Part shown: positions 19,746-29,377 of the stretch, piece by piece
Numbering within the stretch: the first letter of the stretch is position 1
Layout: every line of letters starts with the position of its first letter
Assembly: GCA_041670805.1 (NCBI GenBank)
Contig: JBAXYM010000003.1
Coordinates: forward strand, 16,406 to 80,405
Direction: 5' to 3'
Origin: Patescibacteria group bacterium
GTDB taxonomy: Bacteria; Patescibacteriota; Minisyncoccia; JAHIHE01; JAGLIN01
DNA length: 64,000 bases
The notes under the pieces: generated by a model
What the model was told of the DNA's origin: nothing
What the model saw: only the letters and a program-made list of their open reading frames with translations
The model's database searches: none
Position numbers and translations under genes: made by a program

Positions 19746-21470
19746 TTATAGGCGATTAATTTCTTTATAAACTTCAAGAATTGGTTCTGGAATATCTTCA
19801 ACATGAATATTGTCAGAGCTATATTCGTTGGTATACTCATTCTTGCCCCAACTGAAAATATATAGGGCAGCAGGTTGCTTTCTTTTTTCTAATATACCAA
19901 CTAGGTTATGTAATTTCTCTTTGTCCTCCTTAAAGTAAATAGCTGTAATTTTTCCCAATCCTTCAAATATTTGCCACCAATTATTTTTCTCAACTTCATT
20001 TAATGTGCTTTCGCGCAAAGCAATCATTTCACCAGCCTGATAAGTTAACTTAATTTTTGCATTATCTGGTGTACCATGTAATTTTTCGATATCGACCAAA
20101 TCAGTTTTATAATAGCGAAGATTGCCACCTAAGCCTTCTACTTGCTCTCCTTTTTTATTTTTATACCCCTTCATTACACGCTTAATTCGTTCATATGTTA
20201 CTTCTTCACAGATGTTATTTTCGTTATTTGTGCATAGAATAAATTTGCGGTTCCCGCCATCTTGTTTATTTAATTCAAGAACAGCATGGCCGGTAGTACC
20301 TGAACCCGCAAAAAAATCAAGTACTTTAATGTTTTTTGTGATTGATCCCATTTCAATGATTCTCTTTATCATTTCTACTGGCTTTGGATATCCGAATATC
20401 TTTTTTTCAAGAATTTCCTTTAGCAGCAATGTTCCTTTTTCTGTATTTACATCTTTATCGTCCCAAATCGAGCGCACCATCTTTTCTTTCTTTCTATATT
20501 TTTCAACTATCTGATATCCGCCATCTTGCATCTTTTTCGCAGCTATTTCAATATTAAGATTTTCTAAGGATTTAGACTTACCCCATCTCCAGACTGTTTT
20601 TATGCCCTGTGACTCTTTAGGAAAAAGCTCAAACCAGCCAGGCTTTTTATCTAGGGATATTTCAAAAAAACCGTTGTCTAATTGTTTATTAGGATTGATA
20701 TAAAAGGGGTAATAAAGATTCGGTCTATTTTTATCATTAAAAGCAATGTTGCGATTCCTTAATTCTCTGGTTTCAAATCCGCCTAATGCATCCTGAAACG
20801 GAAATTCCTTATTCTCATCAGATATGCTGAATATTTCAGATTGATCAGTTGATGAATACACCAAAACATAGTCGTGCATTCTAGCAACGCCACCATAGTC
20901 ACGTCCTCGAGGGTTACCTTTAACGGTTATAGATGCTCGATAATTATTTTCTCCAAAAATAATATCACAGAGTGATTTTAAATTTGCATACTCATTGTCA
21001 TCTATGCTAATAAAAATTAGGCCTGTTTTCTTAAGTAAGTTTCTTGCTAAGGTTAGCCTATTATACATAAAAGAAACCCACTTGCTGTGACGAAAGTTAT
21101 CATCCAAATCCACAAATTTATCATTATAGGCAAAATCTTGATTGCCGGTGTTATAGGGCGGATCAATATATATGACATCAAAACTATTTTTATGGGTATA
21201 ATTCAGAACTGTTAAGGCATGATAATTATCCCCCTCAATCAAAATATTTTCATCCTTCGATTTGTCTGTGATAATCACAGGATCGATTTCCTTCCTTTTT
21301 TCTTTTAGTTGTAGGATAGGTATATTGCGTTTACAATCCATAACAATTTCTTCTGGTTTATCTTCCCAAACTAAACCATAAGTTTTTTGCTTCTTAATTT
21401 TCTTAAGCTCAGTTTCTAGCTCGGAAATTCTCTGCAATAGGGTTTTTTCTTTATTTTGATCCAACATCAT
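19746..21470 (-). CDS. mod: Type III RM Mod methyltransferase
   Basis: YGLVWE, LIEGDN, IDPPYNTG, DFFAGSGTT. Confidence 0.9.
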   Translation of the reverse strand: MMLDQNKEKTLLQRISELETELKKIKKQKTYGLVWEDKPEEIVMDCKRNIPILQLKEKRKEIDPVIITDKSKDENILIEGDNYHALTVLNYTHKNSFDVIYIDPPYNTGNQDFAYNDKFVDLDDNFRHSKWVSFMYNRLTLARNLLKKTGLIFISIDDNEYANLKSLCDIIFGENNYRASITVKGNPRGRDYGGVARMHDYVLVYSSTDQSEIFSISDENKEFPFQDALGGFETRELRNRNIAFNDKNRPNLYYPFYINPNKQLDNGFFEISLDKKPGWFELFPKESQGIKTVWRWGKSKSLENLNIEIAAKKMQDGGYQIVEKYRKKEKMVRSIWDDKDVNTEKGTLLLKEILEKKIFGYPKPVEMIKRIIEMGSITKNIKVLDFFAGSGTTGHAVLELNKQDGGNRKFILCTNNENNICEEVTYERIKRVMKGYKNKKGEQVEGLGGNLRYYKTDLVDIEKLHGTPDNAKIKLTYQAGEMIALRESTLNEVEKNNWWQIFEGLGKITAIYFKEDKEKLHNLVGILEKRKQPAALYIFSWGKNEYTNEYSSDNIHVEDIPEPILEVYKEINRL

Positions 21471-21545
21471 ATATTTTAATTTTCATCATTGTTAATTTTT
21501 CAATAATAGTTTTTACAACCTATTAGAAATCGGTATTAAACTATC

Positions 21546-21691
21546 GTTACTTTACCTCTTTTTACGCTAAAAGTAAAGAAAAATTGGCAATTCCATATCG
21601 TTTAGAAGACTTAAGTTATCAACAGCTAGTAGTCTGGACGCCCCGCGTGCTATGTGTCATTCATTGTAGTGTAATAAATAAGGGAAAATGT
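21546..21691 (+). promoter_or_regulatory. Conserved recombinase leader (copy A)
   Basis: Matches 42188-42331 (CGCTAAAAGTAAAGAAAAAT; AGTTATCAACAGCT.GTAGTCTGGACGCCCC.CGT.CTATGTGTCAT.CATTGTAGTGTAATAA). Confidence 0.7.
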
Positions 21692-23014
21692 ATGGAAATT
21701 AAGGAATTTCAGACTCCAAATCAAATAATCACTGCAAAAGAAGACATAAAATATTGTCTATATGCCCGTAAATCAACCGAATCGGAAGAAAGGCAGGTCC
21801 TTTCGATAGATAGTCAAGTCAAAGAAATGTTGGAGCTAGCAAATCGAGAGAACTTGAATGTTATCGAGATAAGGAGAGAATCCCACAGTGCCAAAGAAAC
21901 TGGCCAGCGAAAAATATTCAACGAACTTGTAGCAGATATTAGAACGGGTAAATTCAATGCTATCCTTACTTGGGCACCGGACAGAATATCCAGAAATGCC
22001 GGAGATCTGGGAGCGATAGTAGATCTGATGGATCAAGGAGTATTGAAAGAAATCAGAACTTATGGACAGAAATTCGGAAATAATCCTAATGAAAAATTTT
22101 TACTGATGATATTAGGATCCCAAGCTAAACTTGAGAATGATAATCGAGGAGTTAATGTCCGGCGTGGATTACGGACCAGAGCAGAGATGGGACTATGGGT
22201 AGGAGTGGCACCGCTGGGGTACTTAAACCAAAAAAGAATGGACAAGAAGTGCCAAGTTATCCAAGATCCATTAAGAGCTCCTGTGATTAAGCAGATATTT
22301 GAAAAAGTAGCTTATGAGAAATATAGCGGAAGACAAGTATATAACTGGCTAAAACATGACCTTAATTTCTACACTAGAGGTAACAAACCATTAACCTTAA
22401 GCGGAGTATATAGAGTTTTGGATAACCATTTCTATTATGGCATGTTTGAACGACCAGTCGGAAGTGGTAATTGGTACCACGGAAAACACAAAACCTTAAT
22501 TACACAAGAACTATTTGAAAAAGCCCAGGCACAATTAAAACGAGATAAGATTGTTAGGGAAAACAAAGAGTTTGCATTTACTAAGCTAATCACTTGCGGA
22601 TTATGTGGATCGGGAATATCAGCAGAAGAAAAATATAAAGAACTCAAAGACGGAACAACGGCTCATTACATTTATTATGGATGCAGTCGGGCCAGAGACA
22701 GGGATTGCAAGAATAAGTATATCCGAGAAGAGGAACTTATCGCGGAACTTTTAAAAATACTTGATAAGATAGATATAAATGAACTAGGAATGAGAACTAG
22801 ACTAGAGATGGAAGTTGATAGGTTTAACAAATTCCAAAACATGGTATTCGGAGAAAAATCTAGTATTAAAAAACAAAAGCCCGCAGTTGATTTGCGAGTT
22901 TATGCAAAATATGTGCTTAAAGAAGGAAGTGCTACGGAGAAGAGAGAATTACTGGCTAATTTGAGAAGCAGGATAGTGTTGAGAGAGAAGAGGTTAACGC
23001 TAATTAAAGAGTAA
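21692..23014 (+). CDS. Large serine recombinase (element A)
   Basis: YARKSTESEERQ catalytic Ser, DRISRN, Zn ribbon CGLCG...YYGC; start inferred from the paralogue at 42332. Confidence 0.93.
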   Translation: MEIKEFQTPNQIITAKEDIKYCLYARKSTESEERQVLSIDSQVKEMLELANRENLNVIEIRRESHSAKETGQRKIFNELVADIRTGKFNAILTWAPDRISRNAGDLGAIVDLMDQGVLKEIRTYGQKFGNNPNEKFLLMILGSQAKLENDNRGVNVRRGLRTRAEMGLWVGVAPLGYLNQKRMDKKCQVIQDPLRAPVIKQIFEKVAYEKYSGRQVYNWLKHDLNFYTRGNKPLTLSGVYRVLDNHFYYGMFERPVGSGNWYHGKHKTLITQELFEKAQAQLKRDKIVRENKEFAFTKLITCGLCGSGISAEEKYKELKDGTTAHYIYYGCSRARDRDCKNKYIREEELIAELLKILDKIDINELGMRTRLEMEVDRFNKFQNMVFGEKSSIKKQKPAVDLRVYAKYVLKEGSATEKRELLANLRSRIVLREKRLTLIKE

Positions 23015-24551
23015 AGTTTTCAGGAAATATTTTTTTAATATAATTATCATCAAATAATTCTTTGATTACCACTGAGTGTTCTTTACAATAATTATTAGTA
23101 TAGGAATAAAAGGGCCAAGTGCTTTTTTCTTTATCCAATATCTTGGTTTCAATAAAGGATTTAAATGAAGTCTGCTGCATAGCTTGAATGGCAATTTCAA
23201 ATTCTTCAATACACATTATCGAATATGGATATTTTTCCAAGAGTTCTAGTGACAGCTTATTTTCTCTAAACAGATTAATAACCTTTTCTTTTACTAAGTT
23301 ATTAACACCGATATCATTATGGCCCGACATAAACCAGTTCTCTAAAGTCAATATCAAAGGATATATTGATTGGTTATTATATTTGCAACTGGTATATAAG
23401 TTGTTTAAATAATCATCTAATGTTTTATAAAGTTGAAAAATACCTTCCGCTAAAATGCTATAATCTTTATCAGCTTTTTCATTAATATCTATCAATATTT
23501 GAGAGTCTATCGACAATCTTTTAGCTTTGCATTCGATGAATAATAGTTCTTTATTGTCGCTTACGATAAAATCAACTGTCTTTTTTGGAATTCCAGGTCT
23601 GGGATAATATTCTTCATCTCGATAAATTCTGAGATTTCGCAAATTAGTCTTTTCCAAAACTTCATTTATATAATTCTCGAAAGCTTTCCCATAAATATTA
23701 TCAAAGTCCTTTTCTTTTACGAGATCATAATATACACCTCCTGTTAACCTCCAAAATAAAAAGGTCGGTATAGGGCAAATCAATGCTTCCTTTCCCATAT
23801 TAGTGCATCGGATAATTGGGTAATATCTGAGCGGATTAAATTGATATAGAAAATTCTCATCTATTTTATTGGAATTGGCTATTATCTTTTTAAAATTTGA
23901 AATGTCTTCGGCAAAATATTTGAGAAATTTATCAAGCTTTTCTTTATTAATTTCTTCTACCTCAATTTGTGGTGGATAATATATTATAAGATTGTTTATA
24001 TAAACTCTCAATAATAACATGCCTATTGTATATATATCTTTGATGGATAGACCATATTTATTTTGAACGATAAAATCAATATTTTCATCGCTATAGATCG
24101 AAAAATATCTAAACATCATGGAAGACTGCGGTTTTTGTATTTGCCAGGGTGATTCTAGAAAAAATATCCTGCGCAACTCACTAAGTATATTGGTTTGATT
24201 TAAATATAGCTGAGATATCTTCCCTTCCAGTGTCTTTAATTTATTAATTGAATCAGCTAAATAATCCCATTTTTTTAAAGATGATAGGAATTGATTTGGT
24301 TCGATATCTTGGGCATTTAAAATTATTTCTCTGGCCAATGTAGCAAGATTCCATTCAGCCATCCATCTTCTTTTTTCAATATCATTTGCTTGCAAATACT
24401 CCCTTATAACTTGGACGTCTTGTGGCAATGATTGGCTGAACTGAAGATATTGCATGTATGCCCTAATAACACCAAGAGATTCCCATAAAGGGACTTTTCT
24501 GAGTTTGTTCCTGAGTGGTTTATAATAGCTAAACAATGAATCTTCTAGCAT
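23004..24551 (-). CDS. Hypothetical protein with C-terminal PD-(D/E)xK nuclease-like motif
   Basis: GKAFENY...VDFIV...FIECKAK. Confidence 0.6.
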   Translation of the reverse strand: MLEDSLFSYYKPLRNKLRKVPLWESLGVIRAYMQYLQFSQSLPQDVQVIREYLQANDIEKRRWMAEWNLATLAREIILNAQDIEPNQFLSSLKKWDYLADSINKLKTLEGKISQLYLNQTNILSELRRIFFLESPWQIQKPQSSMMFRYFSIYSDENIDFIVQNKYGLSIKDIYTIGMLLLRVYINNLIIYYPPQIEVEEINKEKLDKFLKYFAEDISNFKKIIANSNKIDENFLYQFNPLRYYPIIRCTNMGKEALICPIPTFLFWRLTGGVYYDLVKEKDFDNIYGKAFENYINEVLEKTNLRNLRIYRDEEYYPRPGIPKKTVDFIVSDNKELLFIECKAKRLSIDSQILIDINEKADKDYSILAEGIFQLYKTLDDYLNNLYTSCKYNNQSIYPLILTLENWFMSGHNDIGVNNLVKEKVINLFRENKLSLELLEKYPYSIMCIEEFEIAIQAMQQTSFKSFIETKILDKEKSTWPFYSYTNNYCKEHSVVIKELFDDNYIKKIFPENFTL

Positions 24552-24621
24552 TTTTATATAAGATTAAACTCTAAATATCTTTATTATAATTATAAGGGCA
24601 GTAACTATTGAAAAATATGAC

Positions 24622-27330
24622 TTAGAGATTAAACTTTGATGACAACAACGCTGCATCTCTTCCATTGTTTCTTTTTTCTAATCCACTCAATACTTTATTT
24701 TCTGTTTCTGCCGTCCAATATATTTTTAATTTCTCCTTTGCACGTGTTATAGCCGTATAAAAAATATTATGCGAAATCATTTCCTCAATCTCGTCAGTAA
24801 TAACAATTTTAACCGAATTATATTCCAATCCTTGAGCCTTATGGATTGAAACGGCATAAGCAATTTGAAACGGAACTATAGTGTCTGAAGCAGAATCATC
24901 ATCTTCATCGGTACTTCTGTGTTTGTTAACAAAAAAACGAATTACTGATTTGCTCTTATCGGAATTTGGCATCAATTGAAAATCATATCTCTCTGCATCA
25001 AGCTGATTTATTACCTTATCATCAAGCTCAATATCGAATTGAATTTTATCATTAAAAATTTCTATACCAACTATTTTGCCTTTTAAGTTGTTATAAATCA
25101 AAGGCGCGAATCTTTCTGATTCATTAAACAAAATAGGGTCGTTAACTTTATAAGTGTGAACGCCCCATTGCATAGGAGCATTTTCATTATTCCCTTGCAA
25201 AAATCTGTTGATATTATTTATTCCGTAAAGTCCGTCATAGTTTAAACATAAAATTATTTCATCCTCTTCGGAGTGTTCAAAAATTGATTCGTCTAAGACA
25301 ATTGAATACTTATTTTTCGTAATGTGCTCCAAAATATCTTCATCTATATTTCTAACCCTATTCCACAATGTAAGCAAATGGGGATTATTACTACGATAAG
25401 GTTTAATCAATTCAAATATAGAAGTTTTTGGAACAAAAGACTTCGCTATATTAAACCAGTTTCCAAAAAGTATTGATTCTATCTGAAAATCATCGCCTAC
25501 CAAGACTAATAATTTAAAGGATGCTTTCTCTAAAACTTTACGCATATCAGAATTGCTAACCGTACTACACTCATCAATAATTAATAAATCAAATTCAGTA
25601 TCAGAATTTTTCTCAGATAAAAATTTAGCTATTGTTTTAAAGGTGCCATTAGCAGCATTCACTCTTCTTCTTAAATTATCAACTGCCGGATTAGTATTCG
25701 CCAAATAGAGCTTGCTTTCATTATTAAAGAAGTTCGATATATAGTTTATCATGGTAGATTTCCCTGTTCCGGCAGAGCCATATATAAGAGCCACCATTGA
25801 ATTCTCAAACATCTTTCTCAAAGCTTCTTTCTTTTCGGGACAATCAATGTGATAAGTTAGCGACTGCAACCATGCATTAACAGAGTTTGAGTAGTTTTTT
25901 ACACCACTCAAGGATAGATCTTTAAGTTTTTGAATAATTTGGAGAGTATCTTTTTCGTAGCCTCTTATATAGATATAATCTTTATAACTTTCTAATCTGC
26001 GATCTGTATGTTTATAGTACAGGGCCTTATTATACAATTGTATGAGACTATCAATATTTTCAAAGCCGGTTATATCTTTTTTGGAAATGTAAAGCTGTCC
26101 TTTTATTTCGGTATTGTTTCTTATAAATCTTGCGAATATCTCATGTGTTCGATTTGTTGAATCTATACAATCAAATAAATCTGAGCTTTTTGGATTATGA
26201 TCTATTAATGAAGTATTAAGCGGCATTTGATCAAATGGGATGCATCCGTATTTAAGATTTAAATTTGATAATTTTTCACATTCCTCATTCTCATATTGTT
26301 GTTTAATAATTTTATTGTTTAGCTTATAAAGCAAATATCTAATAACATTACTTCCCTGGCTATTGTTTTTTATTAGTTCACGACTTTTATCTAAAGCATC
26401 CAAGAAATGAGTCGTCTTCGCTTTTTGAGTGATCTGGCTTTTAATACTCTGATAATAATTATCTGCAAAATCAATAGTTTCAACGAGATTCAGATTATAT
26501 GCTGTTAAAAATTTCATTAATTCACGATATTCAATATTTCCACTTTGTATCTTGGAGTGACTGCCAAATATATCAGCAAAATGATCAAGTTCACACGGAC
26601 GAATTGATACTTTCCAACCATCAATAATTTGAATAGGCATTTCTTTACCCAAAATTTGTATATTATCGTTGCTTATTAATAGCTTTACAGCATAATTTTG
26701 AGATATATCAAGTTTTGTAAACGCAATAATCCTATCGAATTTGCTTGCTTTGTCGTTAGCTGTTGTAAAAGTCACCTCGTAATAGACTTCACAACTGATA
26801 AAAAACGGTTTTATTTTCTGAATATAATATCGATCGTCATAGGTGTTTTTTATCCTCGTTGATTCTGGCTGGTTAATTTTTTCAACTATTTTCTCATAAT
26901 AGTCTTGAAGGGCAGGATCGGTCTTTATGGGAAATTTACTTATATTATCAAGAACATCAAGATCGTAAGTGTTTTTTAAAAACGTTTTTATTCTTAGCAA
27001 GTATTCATAATATTTTAGCATTAATCTTACTGAATTATCTTCATCAGGGGTATAATGAGAAGCAGTAATTTGCAAGAGTTTATGAAGTTTTCTTAAAAAA
27101 GTTAAATCTCCTCTAGTTTTTATATAAGCATTTGCTTTTACAATATTATCATAAGTATTTTCAATATCCTGCCCGTTGCTATATATTTTCAGTGAAATAT
27201 GCTCAACGAAATTTCTAAGTTGTGATAAGATATTCTGCGATAACAAGTCTCTGTCACAGGGATCAAACTTTTCAATATTATTACAAATAACTTTATCAAT
27301 TCCTAGAATTTCATCATCAATTTTATTCAT
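24622..27330 (-). CDS. RecD-like SF1 helicase/ATPase with long N-terminal domain
   Basis: GSAGTGKS, IIDECS, VGDDFQ, SIHKAQGLEY, YTAITRAK. Confidence 0.85.
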   Translation of the reverse strand: MNKIDDEILGIDKVICNNIEKFDPCDRDLLSQNILSQLRNFVEHISLKIYSNGQDIENTYDNIVKANAYIKTRGDLTFLRKLHKLLQITASHYTPDEDNSVRLMLKYYEYLLRIKTFLKNTYDLDVLDNISKFPIKTDPALQDYYEKIVEKINQPESTRIKNTYDDRYYIQKIKPFFISCEVYYEVTFTTANDKASKFDRIIAFTKLDISQNYAVKLLISNDNIQILGKEMPIQIIDGWKVSIRPCELDHFADIFGSHSKIQSGNIEYRELMKFLTAYNLNLVETIDFADNYYQSIKSQITQKAKTTHFLDALDKSRELIKNNSQGSNVIRYLLYKLNNKIIKQQYENEECEKLSNLNLKYGCIPFDQMPLNTSLIDHNPKSSDLFDCIDSTNRTHEIFARFIRNNTEIKGQLYISKKDITGFENIDSLIQLYNKALYYKHTDRRLESYKDYIYIRGYEKDTLQIIQKLKDLSLSGVKNYSNSVNAWLQSLTYHIDCPEKKEALRKMFENSMVALIYGSAGTGKSTMINYISNFFNNESKLYLANTNPAVDNLRRRVNAANGTFKTIAKFLSEKNSDTEFDLLIIDECSTVSNSDMRKVLEKASFKLLVLVGDDFQIESILFGNWFNIAKSFVPKTSIFELIKPYRSNNPHLLTLWNRVRNIDEDILEHITKNKYSIVLDESIFEHSEEDEIILCLNYDGLYGINNINRFLQGNNENAPMQWGVHTYKVNDPILFNESERFAPLIYNNLKGKIVGIEIFNDKIQFDIELDDKVINQLDAERYDFQLMPNSDKSKSVIRFFVNKHRSTDEDDDSASDTIVPFQIAYAVSIHKAQGLEYNSVKIVITDEIEEMISHNIFYTAITRAKEKLKIYWTAETENKVLSGLEKRNNGRDAALLSSKFNL

Positions 27331-27470
27331 ATTTTTACCTTCATTTATATGTTGAAAAGATAGACACCTGATCTGCTTTCATATTTATAATATGCCTTAA
27401 AAAGACCGAAAAGTAAAGAATAAAATGAACTTACTATCAGTCAAACGGTAGTGGTTTTTGCTTATAACAA

Positions 27471-27496
27471 AAACCAGATCCAATTGGATCTGGTTT
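27471..27496. promoter_or_regulatory. Perfect 26-bp palindrome near the right end of element A
   Basis: AAACCAGATCCAATTGGATCTGGTTT. Confidence 0.6.
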
Positions 27497-27556
27497 CACG
27501 CAGGGGGTATGTTTGGTTTGTCCTTGTAGTTTAACATAGAAAACACCCAACAAAAT

Positions 27557-27718
27557 CTGGGTATTCGGGTCTATCCGATACTAAATTGTCTTGGCGGTGT
27601 AAGTGGGTTAAGTACCCATAGCTTACAATCAGTGTAAGGCTTTTCAGGCAGTTTGACTAGAAGCGGTTTTGAGGTACTTGGGTCGGGGTCTAAAATGCAG
27701 AATGAGACAAATGAGACA
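27557..27718. other. A/B junction (attP-like hybrid site)
   Basis: Right-end motif CTGGGTATTCGGGTCTATCCGATACT..TTGTCTTG joined through GCGG to left-end motif TGTAA..GGGTTAAGTACCC...ATGAGACAAATGAGACA. Confidence 0.85.
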
Positions 27719-27748
27719 GTATAAAAATAAATATGTTCTTGTCTCATT

Positions 27749-28807
27749 TTAGACAGTTTGACTAGAGCTGCCTGTTTTATCAGACGAAAAAATTCTAAGA
27801 TAGTGTTCATTAAGAAGTGGTAGTGAAGCGGAAAGGAAAGATCTTTGTATTGCGGTTGTTAGAGCAAAGGCTAACTCTGTTTTTCCTTCCTTTATCAGAG
27901 CGTGTACCTCTTCTCTTTGTTCAGGAAAACTGTCAAGGGTTTTTTCGAGACTTTGCATTGTTTCTTCTTGGCTTAAGTTTGACATGGATAATACCCAATC
28001 AATATGAAATTTAACCTTGTCATTATTATCACTCATATTTTTAAGAATTTTTCTATATCTAGCAGGAAATATTTTATTTACGTGCTCAACTTGAAATTCA
28101 TCAAGAAAATCACCTGCAGGAGGGCTAAAGGCAAATTTTTCGAATAATGGAAGTGGCTGAAGCGCCATTGGAAAATTAGCGACAAAGGCTTCGCTAACTA
28201 GCTGTATTGCTTCAATGATTGATTTTATTCCTAATTCTAATCCTCGTTGACTGAATGTAATCGTATTGCTATTTCTCAAGGAACGAAACGATCCGGAAGA
28301 TCCTTGTGTGTGAACATATACCGATAATGAGTTGTAAAATTCTCCAATTCTCTGACTCCATAGAAGTTGAGATTCAAGTAAAGCAATTTTAGGATTATTC
28401 TTCAAGAGGTAGTCTACTAAAAATTTTCTTGTAGGAGTCCTCTCGTCTCCAGAAATCCAGCGGAGAAAGCTCTCGATATCTTCATTGGTAAAATAATAAA
28501 TACTCATTAGATTAAGCTCGACAAAGCTTCGTAAGGATCGGAAGCTTTCCTTGTACATGCCAGAAAGAACAAGTGTTATTGCTGAATTAAGCTCTTGTCC
28601 TGCTTCATGTAGACAATAACTCCAAGGTGGTAAGAAACCATATTTATTATCCAATATGAGAGGAACGACAAATTGCTCTTCAGAAAATCCTAAAAGCGAA
28701 CTATTTAATTTATTATGAAGATCTTTATGTGTGCTCAGCCATTTTGAACTTTCTTTAGCGCAAGAACTTAATGCCTTAGTGTTGTAAGTGAAATTTGAGT
28801 CAATCAT
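27749..28807 (-). CDS. Hypothetical protein, possibly HEPN-like (DUF5677-like)
   Basis: LRSFVE ... YNSLSVYVH pattern; family call tentative. Confidence 0.5.
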   Translation of the reverse strand: MIDSNFTYNTKALSSCAKESSKWLSTHKDLHNKLNSSLLGFSEEQFVVPLILDNKYGFLPPWSYCLHEAGQELNSAITLVLSGMYKESFRSLRSFVELNLMSIYYFTNEDIESFLRWISGDERTPTRKFLVDYLLKNNPKIALLESQLLWSQRIGEFYNSLSVYVHTQGSSGSFRSLRNSNTITFSQRGLELGIKSIIEAIQLVSEAFVANFPMALQPLPLFEKFAFSPPAGDFLDEFQVEHVNKIFPARYRKILKNMSDNNDKVKFHIDWVLSMSNLSQEETMQSLEKTLDSFPEQREEVHALIKEGKTELAFALTTAIQRSFLSASLPLLNEHYLRIFSSDKTGSSSQTV

Positions 28808-28961
28808 ATAAAAATAAGATTATTTTAAATATTTTATCATATAACTGATTATAAAGAAATAATCAGTCGTATAGCTGATTTTAGGTGCTTATATGAGAAG
28901 CAAGACGAGGCAAAGAAGACATAATATATTGTAAGGATTGCAAACATATGTTTCGTCTCAT

Positions 28962-28991
28962 TTGACACAATATTTCCATATGTGATATATT
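28962..28991 (+). promoter_or_regulatory. Sigma70-type promoter for the element B core operon
   Basis: TTGACA-18 bp-TATATT with extended -10 TG. Confidence 0.55.
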
Positions 28992-29014
28992 ATTAATACA
29001 ATTTAATAAACCTG

Positions 29015-29340
29015 TATCTCTCTAAGACAAAAGAGGGCGAATAAAATTTATGTTAGAACCTTGTTCAAAAAACTACATAAATAATATTCATTGTTCTATT
29101 TTGTTTGAGATAGAATTTCATTTCAGTTTTGAGGCAGTGCCACAAAAATCAAAACAAGGATGATTATTCGGATGGATTTCTAATGCTCTATATGTTCTTA
29201 TCGGGTCCTTTGACCAAAAAGGATAAGACATATATCAAGGTTATAAATCGAAGGAAATAAACAAGCTTATGCTGTTTGTTGCTTTTGATTCATAACCTTT
29301 TTTGATTAAGCAATACCCAGCTAACTTGCAGCTGGGTATT
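29015..29340 (+). ncRNA. Candidate structured leader/ncRNA
   Basis: Serial long hairpins at 29015-29112, 29189-29234, 29237-29299 and 29312-29340; no ORF of 60 aa or more. Confidence 0.4.
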
Positions 29341-29377
29341 TTATTGTCCAGCAAAACTAATAAAATAATCAATACTT

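Larger units (their letters stand above)
7497..27597. mobile_element. Integrative element A (serine recombinase, TerS/TerL, MTases, defence cargo)
   Basis: Left end 7497-7622 homologous to 27594-27718; right end 27557-27597 homologous to 47872-47912; GCGG core at each junction; AT-rich. Confidence 0.88.
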
